NCBI GenBank assembly: GCA_046563655.1
Contig: CM102285.1
Coordinates: 1,240,001-1,304,000, forward strand
Length of the DNA: 64,000 nucleotides
DNA from: Yuukianura sp. NJ FZ-2021
Lineage: Eukaryota
Direction: 5' to 3'
In this document: positions 50,301 to 62,130 of the stretch, one piece after another
Layout of the letters: each line of letters begins with the position of its first letter
Position numbering within the stretch: the stretch's first letter is position 1
Made by a program: the position numbers and the translations under genes
Notes under the pieces: model-generated
The model's input: only the letters and a program-made list of their open reading frames with translations
Databases searched by the model: none
What the model was told of the DNA's origin: nothing

Positions 50301-53300
50301 GAAAACGTTTTCGTTGTTCAATTCCAAACTGTACGAAGTTATATTCCTCTAGAGGAGCTTTGGTACGACATATGCGGTACGTTTTCTAAAAAAAAAATTC
50401 TAAAGAGAGTCTATGGATACAAACATAATTTTGTTTTTGTTTTTTGAAAAAAAAAGGTTTGATTTAAGAGTTACACAAAATTTTGAAAACTTTTGTGCTT
50501 ATTAGTTACGAATGCAACAAGGATCCACGGTTCAACTGTAACCTTTGCGGACATAAGACCAAACGGATGTCGGATTTGCGACGACATACGCAGATTTGTA
50601 AAGGTTATCCGTCTCGTCAATCCCTGGCGTTCAGACGATAAGTTAGTTTAAGTCAAGGTCAATGATAGGGTCAAGGTCATCTGGTTAAGGTCAAAGTAGT
50701 TTTAGTAAGGTCAAGGTCAAAAGTTCTGTTGGCTGGGTGATTATTAGCTTAAAGTGATCGTTTTGTTTTGAATTTTGAAAGTTGGAGTTATAAATAATAA
50801 ATATCGCTTTATTCATTCCATCTTAAACCTCTGTTTTTTTTAACTAAATTGTTAAAATTTTAATGTTTTTGAACTAACATGAGCAGGACCCGGAAACGTT
50901 CCTTGATTTTTTTAAATGTTCACTTCTGTGTTTTTCATTGTTGTTTAAACCATTTTATGGACTTTTACTGTATTTGTGGTGAACCTCTTAAAAAAACTTG
51001 GCGGAAATTCAAAGTTTAAAAAAATTTGGCCGGCCATTTTTGTCTTTAGGAAAACGATTTCGTTGTCCCAATCCCGATTGTCGTCGGAGTTATTCACGTA
51101 AGGGAAGTTTGGCTCGTCATTTGCGGTACGTTTTCAAAAAAAAAAAAGTATTGAAAACTTCATACATGATTTCTAAAATTTCTCTTTAGTTTGAAAAGTA
51201 ACTTTTTGAAATTCTTTGTGCTTACGCTTATTAGTCATGAATGCAACAAAGATCCACAGTTGAAGTGCAATCTTTGCGGACATATAACCCTGCGGAAGGC
51301 GGATTTGCAACGACATGCGCAGACTTGCAAAGGTGTTCCGTCACGCCAATCTCTTGCGAGACGACGACGGCTTGGACTAGATTAAGTTAAGGGCATGTTG
51401 AATACCTTTGGTCAGGTCAAGGTCAGTTTCGTAAGGTTGTTTAGATGAGGTAGTGTTTGTTAAGGAGTTCATTTGGATTAGTGTACAGTAATTTTTTTGT
51501 GTTCTTCGACGCCACCAATTTAAGACTATTTTATAATTGGAACAATTTTGCAACATTTCGTATGAAAAGCGTTGGTTTTTTAAATTGTAGAACTGTTTTG
51601 CGAACCACTCAAGGTTGCTTAGCTTTTTGTTTTGAAATGTTAACGATTTTGTAAAATCTGAACAGGAAAAAAAATGGAGAGATTGTACATATGCGTCTGT
51701 GGTCGTTTCTATGCAGTCAAAGCAAGTTTGACAAGACATATGAGGTGTGTTGAGTTAACAACAAAAACAATCCTCTTTTTTCGGTTTTTGAATTTTTTGA
51801 AAGAATAATAAAATCTGTGAAACCTTTTTTCAGATTCGAGTGTAACAAAGAACCGCAATTTCAGTGTCGTCGAGGTCACAAGTTTGCACACAAAAGCAGT
51901 TTGCGTAGACATTTACACATGTCACCCGAATGTATTTGAATTTGAACAAAGTCAAGTTTCGTAAAAGCTTCAAATTTTAAAATTTTTCGAAACATTAAAT
52001 TGGAAAGATTTTTAGCTTTGTTCTTTTCTCTGAAAGATTTACAAGTTTTGACGTGGTGAATTTCTCAGTCGTGGCAGAAGCAATTTTTTTTCTTTTATGT
52101 TTTTGAAATTTTGAAATTTAGGGAAATACTTTCCGTGTCCCAACCTCCTTTGTCCAAAAGTCTACACTCACAGAAGCAGTCTTTGGCGTCACGTCAAGTA
52201 AATACATATTTGCCCATACTAAATTTTTGTCTGCGACCTTACAGTAAACTAAACTTTGTTTTGTTTAGATTCGAATGTGGAAAACCTCCACAATTCCGTT
52301 GCCGCCTGGGTCACGTTTTCACTCGCAAGTCAAATTTGATGAAACACTTACAAACTTCGTTTGACTGCAATTAATGCAATTCCCAATCCCAATGCCGGGA
52401 TTTTTCAAGTTTTTCAAAACAAAATTTTTTTTCAAAATTCGGATTTAGTGTTTACCCAATGAGCAACTTTTGTCGTATTGTAACAATTCATCTGCCACCT
52501 TCAAGAATATAGTTGTAAATTAGAATATTTTTTTGTGTGTTTCATTTTTTTTGAACAAGGAGTAAAGTTGTTTTATTGTGTTGAATAATATTTCAATGGT
52601 GAACCACTCAAACTCGCCCAACTCATAGACAAAAAATTTGGTTTCTAAACCAAAGACTATAAAGACTATTTTTGGTTTTAAAACGTTTTGAATTTTTAAT
52701 TTTAGAAAAACGACCAAGGCATAAATGTCCGAAATGCCCAAGTTCTTATGCTACCAGAAAGTCCTGGAGACGTCATGTGAAGTACGCGATGTAAACTAAC
52801 CCAAAAAATTTACCGTAAAACTTCTACCAAGTCCCCGAGCTATATGTAAAGTCTCAGCCTTTAACATTCATAAGTGGCCAGCGTCTATGTCTGTTTCGAA
52901 ACTCGGGATTTGTTAAAAACTGGGAATTATTAGAAGTTTTACGGTATACTTTTTATTTGTTGCTGTTTAGTTTTTCGTAATATTTTTTGATTTGTAGACT
53001 CGAGTGTGGTCGGGAGGGAACATTTCAATGTGAATATTGTGATTTGAAATTCAAACGAAAGTACAGACTTCAGCGGCATCAAAGGCAGAAACATTGTACG
53101 CTTCATGCACCAGTTCATGTTGTTGTTCCAGAAAAGAAAGCAGTTTAAAGTTGTTTCAAAAGAACCTCGAAAAGACAACGAATTTGAAAAAAATTTCGTA
53201 ACCGAAACATAATTTCAATTCTACTATTTTGTACTTGAGGTTCTGTTTTCAGTCTTTTTCTGAAATTATAGTTTTATGTTTTGGATTTCTGTTTAATGTG

Positions 53301-53733
53301 GTAAACCTTTTGAACTGTGTCATACGTCAACTGGAAATGTGTTGACTATTTTGCTGTTGATGTGATTGACGTTCATGTAATGTATTGATGCTGCTAAGTT
53401 TCAATAAATGTTGACGTTCTGTATTATAGTTGTAGTCCGTCGGAAGGTTTTCACTTGTCCTACTCCGAACTGCAATCGTAAATACACCAACGAACAGAAA
53501 CTGATTCGACATTTTAGGTAAACATGATTTCTCAAAATTTCAAACAAATTTCAAAATTTCAGAATTCAAATCTACGGAGCCTTTTGAAATTGTGTAGATA
53601 CGTTTGCGGCAAGCCGAAAATATTCAGTTGTGAATGTGGCTACAAAGCCTTCCAAATGTCAGATTTGAAGAAACACCAACAACGAGTCAATAGTTGCCGT
53701 GCATTTTCAATGCCTTCTCGTTGGAAGAAATGA
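50301..53733 (+). CDS. Six split cassettes: 50301-50641, 51050-51385, 51666-51939, 52122-52374, 52706-53148, 53430-53733
   Basis: lola-like C..C..RHx(R/K)|xEC(N/G)KxP.F.C..H. Selectors gtggtgaacctct at 50228 and 50976; others at ~51600, 52051, ~52597 and ~53298. Confidence 0.82.
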
Positions 53734-54003
53734 ACAAGATTGCTAATTGAGTTGCTTCTTGAAAAAATTAACAGGACTCAAATTTCTGTTTTCAAAATAA
53801 ATTTTTCTGAAGTTTTTTTTTCGTTTTGTAACTCGCGATGATCAGTTTTTTGATGATTGGAGAAAAATTTGGAAAAGTTGAATTGACCTTTGAAGTGTAA
53901 TTAAAAAAGTAAACTGTTTGTGGTGACCTCTCATGCTTTTTTGAAAAGTTTTTCTACCTCTAATGAGTTTTGGAACTATGTTGAGCTATGTAATTTTGCA
54001 TAG

Positions 54004-54368
54004 GGACTGTGAGGCCTGTGCGCATGCGCAGTAGCTATGCAGAATCTCCAGAGTACTTGCCTACTGTTTTAGATGGAAGATTCTTTACTCCTTTGCCGTC
54101 AGTTCCATTTGTAGGAAATCTCACCGATAGACCAGCAATCAAACGCAGAGCAATCTGTCTCTCCTGTGGAAAGATGATCTGTGGGGTCATGACCTCCAAT
54201 TTTATTACTCATTTGAAGGTAAGGGCACCACACTTAATTAACTCAACTCGTTTAAGAACTGATTATGTTGATGAAGTAACTGTTGAACTTTTTTAGCGAG
54301 TGCACCAGGCAGCTTACATCGAATACAAGGCTCACGCTCAGGCACAAAGAAGGTCTCTTCCAGTTTAA
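54004..54368 (+). CDS. Split cassette, BED-finger-like (54004-54218 + 54297-54368)
   Basis: RFF..AICLSCGKMI..TSNFITHLK|RVH with a phase-0 intron. Selector gtggtgacctctca at ~53920. Confidence 0.8.
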
Positions 54369-55044
54369 ATATTGTACTGAAATGTTCCTAAAGGTCAAAG
54401 GTCAACTAAGATTCCACTTTGGTTATGCTGCGGCGCAATAAGATAGTTTCATTTAGAATTTTTCATAGTTGCAACCGACGGCTTACTAATTTGAATTACG
54501 TAAACAGCAAACACGTAGGCAAACAACAACAAATACTAAAATCGGCATGTTTACTTAAGAACAAAAAGTATTCAAAGCTACATATCTCGACGTTATGGAA
54601 AACCGTGTGCAAGTAGTGTTTATGTATTTGGTGTGTACGTAATTGTAGAACTTGGTGGATCATGTTTGTGGATAATAAAAAATTGGTTTTTGGGGAAAAA
54701 AACTATAAAATTCAAATTACGTGGATCCGATTCGAAATCGAATGTTAGTTTTTGCAACAACTTGCGATCTTTTAAATTTTCAACCGTTTCAAATTTGAAG
54801 TTTCACAACATATTTTGTCAAAAATTGGAATTTTTGAAAAAGTTTTATCAACTAGCTAAGAAATTCAGTATGGATGATGGAGATAGTCTCAAATTATTTT
54901 GGAATCTTGCCTACTACATTTGTTCTTACCGTTTTCCTTTTCCATTGTGACTTTCTACCGATACCAAGCAGCACAGCCAGTAAATTGTTAATATTTGTAG
55001 TGATAATTAATACATTATGCTATTATAAATCTTTCTAACCATAG

Positions 55045-55325
55045 GATCAAAGCATCTGGAGTTTGTCAAAAGTTCTTGGGGCGGGAACTTGTTGATTTGG
55101 AAAGGCTTTATGTTTTCGAGAATTAAAGCGATTGGCGGTAGTCAGTACTGGAGATGCACTCGCTACAGAGATCGCCACTGCACTGCCAAGTGCATCACAC
55201 GTTTTGGCAAATTTAAGTCTGAATCTGGAGGGCACAATCATGAAGTAGAGCCAGAAGAAATTGAAAAGCGACGGAAGTTGAGTTTTTGGAGAGACAGTGT
55301 CCGAAATGAGGAAATTTTACCATAA
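55045..55325 (+). CDS. Alternative terminal exon, FLYWCH (mod(mdg4)-type)
   Basis: FVKSSWGGNLLIWKGFMF..YWRC..CTAKCIT..HNH. Confidence 0.85.
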
Positions 55326-55740
55326 ACTGACTTGAAAGCATGCTGTATGCTGTTTCTTTATCAATTTAACTACATGTAATTACACTAAATTTTAAGGGCA
55401 GTTTTATGAAGTGTAAGAATAGTTCATATGCAGTAATAGCATTTTTTGTATCTCAGTTTAACAAATTTTGGGATTAACAAATTTTGTGGACATGTGTGAG
55501 AAATTTCTCTTAAAATAAAATTTGGTAGCGTTGAAATTTTTGAGATCGTTTTTCTCTTCAATTTTTTTTCTGAAAGACTTTCTTATGGTGGAGTTTTTTT
55601 CTGAAACTGCGGTAGGAATGTTTGGTTTATGAGAAATGGCGCTGATTTAAAAAGTTTTTTGATTTGGTAATCTCTCAAGGTGTGAAATTTTGTTAGTTTT
55701 TCTACTTAAAATGTTTCCATATGTTTTGTTTTTGATTAAG

Positions 55741-57375
55741 AACTGAATTTGCGATACAATTGCACAACTTGTTGGCGAAGCTACTTGCACCACACAAGCC
55801 TCAATCGTCATCGAAAGTAAATCAAAACATGTTTCAATTTTAAGAAGTAATTCAAAAAATTTCAAATTCTGGAAATTTCAAAAATTGCCGTTTCGTTCTA
55901 GATATGAATGTGGAAAGGAGCCGAAATTTAGTTGTGAGCATTGTGGTAAAAGATTTCACCAGAAAAGTAACCTAGCACAGCATCTCGTCAACTGCAATAC
56001 CAAGAAAGCTAAACACCGAATAAACCAACACTAAAGAAGTTCAAATTTTTCATTTTGTTTGTAAAAAGTTTCAAAATGTTTTCTTTTTGAATTTTTTTTA
56101 AACATAGGTCTTTGAGTTTATCAATTTTGCTGAGAGCTGCTAATTTCTTTCACTCTTTTTTCGTTTTTGAATAAAATATGTTCAATACTGTGAAGTTGCC
56201 GGTGGTAACTAGGCTGAATTGAAAAAAAAAATCACTTCAGTTTTTAAAATTTTCGTTGTTCAAAAACCTGAAAAAAATTTTCCATTTTGAAATTGAACGT
56301 GGAGAATCTCTCGAGGTTGCATTGGAAAGAAATTGTTTTTCTCAACAGTTTTTTTTAGAAATTCATTTGTTTAATTTAGTGGATTACGACGACGGCCGTC
56401 ATAAATGTCCAAATTGTTGGAGAACTTATAAGCACAGGAAACATCTCCAGCGTCACGTAAAGTATAGCATCCATATTAAATTCAAAAAAAAAAATTAAAT
56501 TTCTTAAAAATTTAGGGATTTTTGACTTTTGTATAATAGATATGATTGTGGAAAAGAACCTCAATTCATGTGCGTAGAATGTCATCATAGATTTCGTCGA
56601 AACGACCAACTCGAAAAACATCTTCTTAAAATGCACGGTTACATATTGTAAACCGACTTTACGTCCACTTTTTTAAGTGAAAATATTTTGAAAAAAAAAT
56701 TTGCTCCAAAAATGTTCCGGAGCTTTCTGAACCGGTTATACAAAATGTTAATTTGAAGCGGTGAACCTTTGAATAAAATTCGAAACAGTTTTCTGTTTAA
56801 GTGTTTTTCTTTTGTAAAAGTTTTACATTCCGGAAATTTCTTAGGTAATTTCATATCTAAATTTCCCCCATGTATCAAGAAGTTTTTAAAATTTCGAAAG
56901 TGGAGCCACATTTTCATGTTTTTTTTGTGGATTACGTTGGCTCAAAGCTGTTGATGTATTTCAAATCATAAATTCACTTTAAGTTTCAAAAATTTTTCGA
57001 AAAGTATTTCATTTTGAATTGGAACGTGAAGAATCTCTCAAGGTTACAATGGAAAGAAACTATTTTGCTGTGGAGTGTTTCTTTAAAATTTATTTAATTT
57101 AGTGGATTACGACGGTCGTTATAAATGTCCAAAGTGTTGGCGAAGTTATCAGCACAAGAGAAACCTTCATCGTCACTTAAAGTATAACATCCATATCAAA
57201 TTCAAAAAATTTCTTCTTTGAAATTTCTTTAAAATTTGTGAAATGTTGACTTTTGTATTATAGGGATGAATGTGGAAAGGAACCTCAATTTGTGTGTATC
57301 GAATGTCATCATAGATTTCGTCAAAACAACCAACTCAGAAAACATATTATAAAAATGCACGGTTACTTGTTGTGA
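55741..57375 (+). CDS. Three lola-like split cassettes: 55741-56034, 56380-56651, 57103-57375
   Basis: CxxCWRxYxH..L.RH.K|x(E/D)CGKEP.F.C..C..H. Selectors at ~55666, 56296-56320 and ~57023. A gutted cassette remnant lies at ~56758-56950. Confidence 0.85.
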
Positions 57376-58292
57376 ATCAACTTAAAGTAAGAAACGTCCA
57401 ACTTTTTTATGTATATAAATTTTTGAAGAAAAAAAATTGCTCTAAAATGTTTCGGAGCCTTCTGAACCGATTATACAAAATTTTAATTTGAAGTGTGGTG
57501 AACCTGTCAATAAAATTTAGAACTGTATTCTATTAGTGTTTTTCTTTGTAAAAAGTTTTACATTACGGAAATTTATTAGGTAAAAGGTACGCATGCCCAA
57601 CATGCTCCAGAACGTATGGTACTAAGGGCGCTCACAGCAGACATATCAAGTATGTACGCATGTAAATTTCCGTCATGTATTCAGAATTCTTTAAAATTTC
57701 AAAATTTGGAACATATTTTGATGTTTCTTTCTTGAATTAGATATGAATGTCAGCAGGAACCAAAATTTGTTTGTGAAACTTGCGGTTACAGAGCCAAGCG
57801 AAGTGATTTGCTGCTCAAACATTTCAGATACTTGTTGTGAATCAACTTAAAGAAGAAACGTCCAACTTTTTTATGTATATAAATTTTTGGGAAAAAAAAT
57901 TGCTCTAAAATGTTTCAGAGCCTTTTGGACCACCGATACAAAATTTTAATTTAGAGTGTGGTGAACCTGTCAATAAAATTTAGAACTGTATTCTATTAGT
58001 GTTTTTCTTTGTAAAAAAGTTTTACATTACGGAAATTTATTAGGTAAAAGGTACGCATGCCCAACATGCTCCAGAACGTATGGTACTAAGGGCGCTCACA
58101 GCAGACATATCAAGTATGTACGCATGTAAATTTCCGTCATGTATTCAGAATTTTTTAAAATTTCAAAATTTGGAACATATTTTGATGTTTCTTTCTTGAA
58201 TTAGATATGAATGTCAGCAGGAACCAAAATTTGTTTGTGAAACTTGCGGTTACAGAGCCAAGCGAAGTGATTTGCTGCTCAAACATTTCAGA
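57364..58292 (+). repeat. Very recent ~465-bp tandem duplication (57364-57828 / 57829-58292)
   Basis: Near-identical units, each containing a selector and a cassette. Confidence 0.92.
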
Positions 58293-59533
58293 AATTCTAA
58301 AAAAGGATGCGGACTTACTTTCTAGTGGCGAAAAATCAAACTATCAACCTAACTATTCAACTAAACTATCGTAAATGCTTCGTATAGATATTTACCATGG
58401 CTGTTCAAAATTCTAATTCTGTTGGAGACTTGTTTTTAAAAAATTTTTAAATTTGGACGTAATCTTGACAATGTCTGAGGAAAACTTTGAACTTCCAATA
58501 AATTTTAAGTAAAAATTCATTTAGTTGTGTGAACCTTTCAATCTCCTCTTTGATTGATATGATCAGAGCTTAAACGTTGGTTGTTATATAAATATTTTTG
58601 AATCGTTAACTGTTAAATTGGTTGTTCAAATTTGTTTAGATGGGAGATACCCATGTGCAACATGTGGAAGATCTTATGGCGCTTTGCAAAATTTGAGGAG
58701 ACATATTCAGTAAATGATAGACACGAGTTTTCATTTTTTTTTCAAAATTTTTTCATTCAATTTTTTTCAATTAATTTTTACTTTACTTTGTTTTTGTTGC
58801 ATTAGGTATGAATGTCAAGTGGAACCGAAATTTGTTTGTAAAACTTGCGGTGGCAGATACAAGCGAAACGATGCGCTCCTCAGGCATTTTAGAGTTTCCA
58901 AACATCGGTGTTGACATGGCCAAGCTACCACAATTTCACAGATAATTTTCTGAATCGATTACTTTAACGTTTAAGATTTCATGCGATTACTTTGTTGGTG
59001 GTATCCAATAAAATTGAACTCTATTGCCTGTTAAACTGGATTGTAAGGTTGCTAGGTTAGGCGGGAGTCTGAACCGATTAGCAATTTTGCACTCACTTCA
59101 GTAATAGATTGCGTTCTTTTTAAAGAATTTTGCAACGGGGTTAGTCTTACTTGGGTGACTTGTTATCTTTAACCCCGATTGGCAATGCACAAACTTTTCC
59201 ACTTTTTGCCACACCGTTTTTTCTATTTTTGGTACTTTGGAATTATTTTAGGCAGGCAATACCAATGCCCCACATGCCCACGCGTTTATGCTCATGTGGA
59301 TTCGTGGAGAAGACATACCAAGTAATTACTTGTAATTTCAAGTTGCTTTTTCAAAATTTTTAAATCTCAAACAGGGTTATTAATTTTTTTTCCATAGGCA
59401 TGAGTGCCAGAAGGAACCCAAATTTGTGTGTCAATTTTGCGGCTCCAAATTCAAACGACGGGATAGTCTTCTTAAACACCGGAGATTACCAAATAGGTGT
59501 AGCCGCAAAGTCGATCCGCTGCAGTCTCTGTAA
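57580..59533 (+). CDS. Four lola-like split cassettes: 57580-57840, 58044-58325, 58640-58914, 59252-59533
   Basis: Y.C(P/A)TC.R.Y..RH..|(Y/H)ECQ.EPKFVC..C. Selectors gtggtgaacctgtca at ~57495 and ~57958, and gtgaacctttcaa at ~58529. Confidence 0.82.
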
Positions 59534-59860
59534 TTTAATTACAATTGAATAGCCTAACATTAGGTCAAACTAATCTTATCCTAACAATTGGTCCACAAAT
59601 TAATAAAAAGATTCAATTCGAATAACAACAATCGAATCGAAATAATCAAATCTACATAAATACAAGTAAAAAATACTAACTAAAATAAGGCAGCCTCAAT
59701 TTATGCTTATTTTTCCTTCGTCGTTTACGAAATTCACTTCATTCTGATTTGGTGAACCTCTCAAAACGTCTAACGTAATTCATGGCTCAAAAAATTGTTG
59801 TTGCATATTTGTTTTGTAGAATCAAATTCGGGTTGGTGTTTTTTTTTTCAACTTTCTTAG

Positions 59861-61992
59861 CAGGAAACATATACATGCAACTGGATGGGAAAACGTCTAC
59901 GATTCTACCCATCTTTGACGGTAGATATTTCACTCCTGTCGCACCGATTCGGTCTAACAAGCCAAATAGTACTGGATCCAAGATGTGGAAACGCAGAGGG
60001 CGTTGTCAGTCTTGTGGGAAAATTATTAAAGGGGTCATGACCTCCAACTTCTACATGCACTTGAAGGTAATGATCTCCTTACCACGCGGATTTTCTTAAA
60101 GCGAAACTACTTTAAGAATTTTTTTAAAAAATCGGCTTTTGACAGAGAATACATCCGGAGGCATATGAAATGTGCAACAGGGAGCGATGGAGAAGTCGGG
60201 GAATAGAGCTGGATTGAAAAAAAGGCGCAACAAATCTTCAACTTTGCCAAATGTTTTGTAGATTTTAAAAAAATTGAATCCTTTATTGAATCGATTTACT
60301 CTTGTTTACTATTGGTATTGTACTGAATCGACTCATTTTGTTCCTGTAATACCCAATACAGATTTTGAAGTAACTCGAAGTTTGTGGATTTGTACTATCG
60401 TTTGTACTTTCAAATTATAATGAACGTTTGAAATTGATGGTTGTGTCTTGTAATCTCATCTTGATTTTGTAAAAAGCAATTCAAAAATTATTGATTACGT
60501 TGGTGTAAATAAAAACTTTAGTGGAAATAGAAGAAAAATTAACCCGTTTTAGTTGTAATTTTCTATTTACACCTTCGCATACTAAAATCGGAATGATTTC
60601 GGAATTTTCATTTCAAATTTTTATGTTTTTGATGGTTTTATGGTGAACCTCTCATGGCTGATCGTTTTTGGAATTCTTAGAATTTTGGATTTCCTTGAAT
60701 TTTTTTGTTTTCGAATTTTTAGTTAGCGTACTTGGACCTAGAATTTTTAATTGGAAGTATTTCCAAGTGGTCGCAAGAACTGATGTTCATGTGCGTGGAT
60801 TTCGAGAGTTCAAGTACCAAGCAGTTTGCAGTGCTTGTGGAACTACAATCACTGCATACATGACTTCTAATTTTCTTCGTCACTTGAAGGTTTTTGTCTA
60901 CAAAAAAAAATCGCGTCATTTTTGTTTAAAAAAGTATTTGGAGAAGTTTTTAAACTGAAGTTGTGGTTGAAATTTTTAGAAAATGCATCCGGAGCTGTAC
61001 TTGGAGTACGAGTCTGAGAACAAAGGAATGAATTAACGTTGGACTTCTACTACGTTGGAAACGATTTTTTTTATGTTTCTCTATACATATTCAAAATCTT
61101 TTAAATAAAGTGGATCCAAAACAAAGCTTTTCAAATTTAAACGTACCTTGCGTTGCTGCGTCCCCCGCCTGCATGAAATTGTGAACCGAAAAGCACCACC
61201 TCTGCATGAAATCCTTGGTTGAACCGAGAATGTCGTACCGCTGCCGGATTTTTTTGGATTGCTTGTTTACATTTTTTTATGTCTTTTTTTTTGCAATAAT
61301 AGTACAATGTGGACTTGGGACACAGAAAGGACGAAATCGAATTTTGCAGGATCGGTTTTACAAAATCATTTCAGCGGTTCGTCAAACCACGTCAAGGAAT
61401 AATCGGGTCAAAGTTCAAGCAGAGTGTGTCAAATGTGGCTACCTGGTTTCATCCAATGTCACATCAAACTTCATCAGACACTACAAGGTAAGTTACATCA
61501 TGGCAGTGTTAGGTTTACATCATAATACGACTTACGGCGTTAGAGAATTAGATGCTGCAAATTAGAACTTACCATGATAATTGTTACGATAAGTATTTAA
61601 AACAGCGCCCTAAAAATGTTTGATTTCTTCAAGCTATAGTTTATCTATTTTCAGAATGTCATTTTTCCGCTGTTTTTTTTTTTCGTTTTCACTCCAAATC
61701 TTAGGAAAAACTTAAGCTTTTGGAAAGCACGTTCTACATAATGTCTGTACAGAATTTCAAAAACTTCTAATTTCTAGGTTAACAGTACATAACTCAACGA
61801 TTTTTTTTTCAAAGTTGAAATGTCATTACGAAAAAAAAAAGCAGGCAAAGCTGTAAAATTTGACAAAGTTAAATTAAGTTTTGTTGAAAATACTTTTTAT
61901 TTGCTTTGTTACAGAATCATCATCCGGACATTTATCAAGATTTTAGCAAAACCTCAACTAATCGCAGTAGGAAAAGATCCCACCAGCGATGA
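59861..61992 (+). CDS. Three BED-finger-like split cassettes: 59861-60217, 60723-61036, 61303-61992
   Basis: (R/K)(Y/F)(F/Y)..CxxCG..TSNFxxH(L/Y)K|xxHP. Selectors tggtgaacctctcaa at 59750-59764 and tggtgaacctctca at 60641-60654. Confidence 0.8.
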
Positions 61993-62130
61993 TTTATTAT
62001 TTATTTTAATAATATACATAAGTTGTAGTTCAAATTCTTAACAGTATTTTTTTGTAAACTAATACTTATATTTAGACATAACTTCGATATACATCCAACA
62101 TGCATATAACCATTTTACATTCTAGTGAGT

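Noticed and set aside
23600-61000. Recurrent motif at ~300-500-bp spacing interpreted as a CRISPR array, or as integron attC sites with gene cassettes
   Set aside because: The DNA is eukaryotic and spliced, the repeats are degenerate, the 'spacers' are paralogous exons, and there is no cas or integrase gene.
21347-61565. Short zinc-finger ORFs in the ORF track as independent small genes
   Set aside because: Their starts are TTG/GTG or lie in pyrimidine tracts; the real boundaries are phase-1 AG acceptors matching the BTB donor.
54004-61992. BED-like exons as hAT transposase fragments
   Set aside because: No DDE/RNase H region or TIRs; they have phase-matched acceptors, their own stops and, in most cases, clear selectors like the other cassettes.
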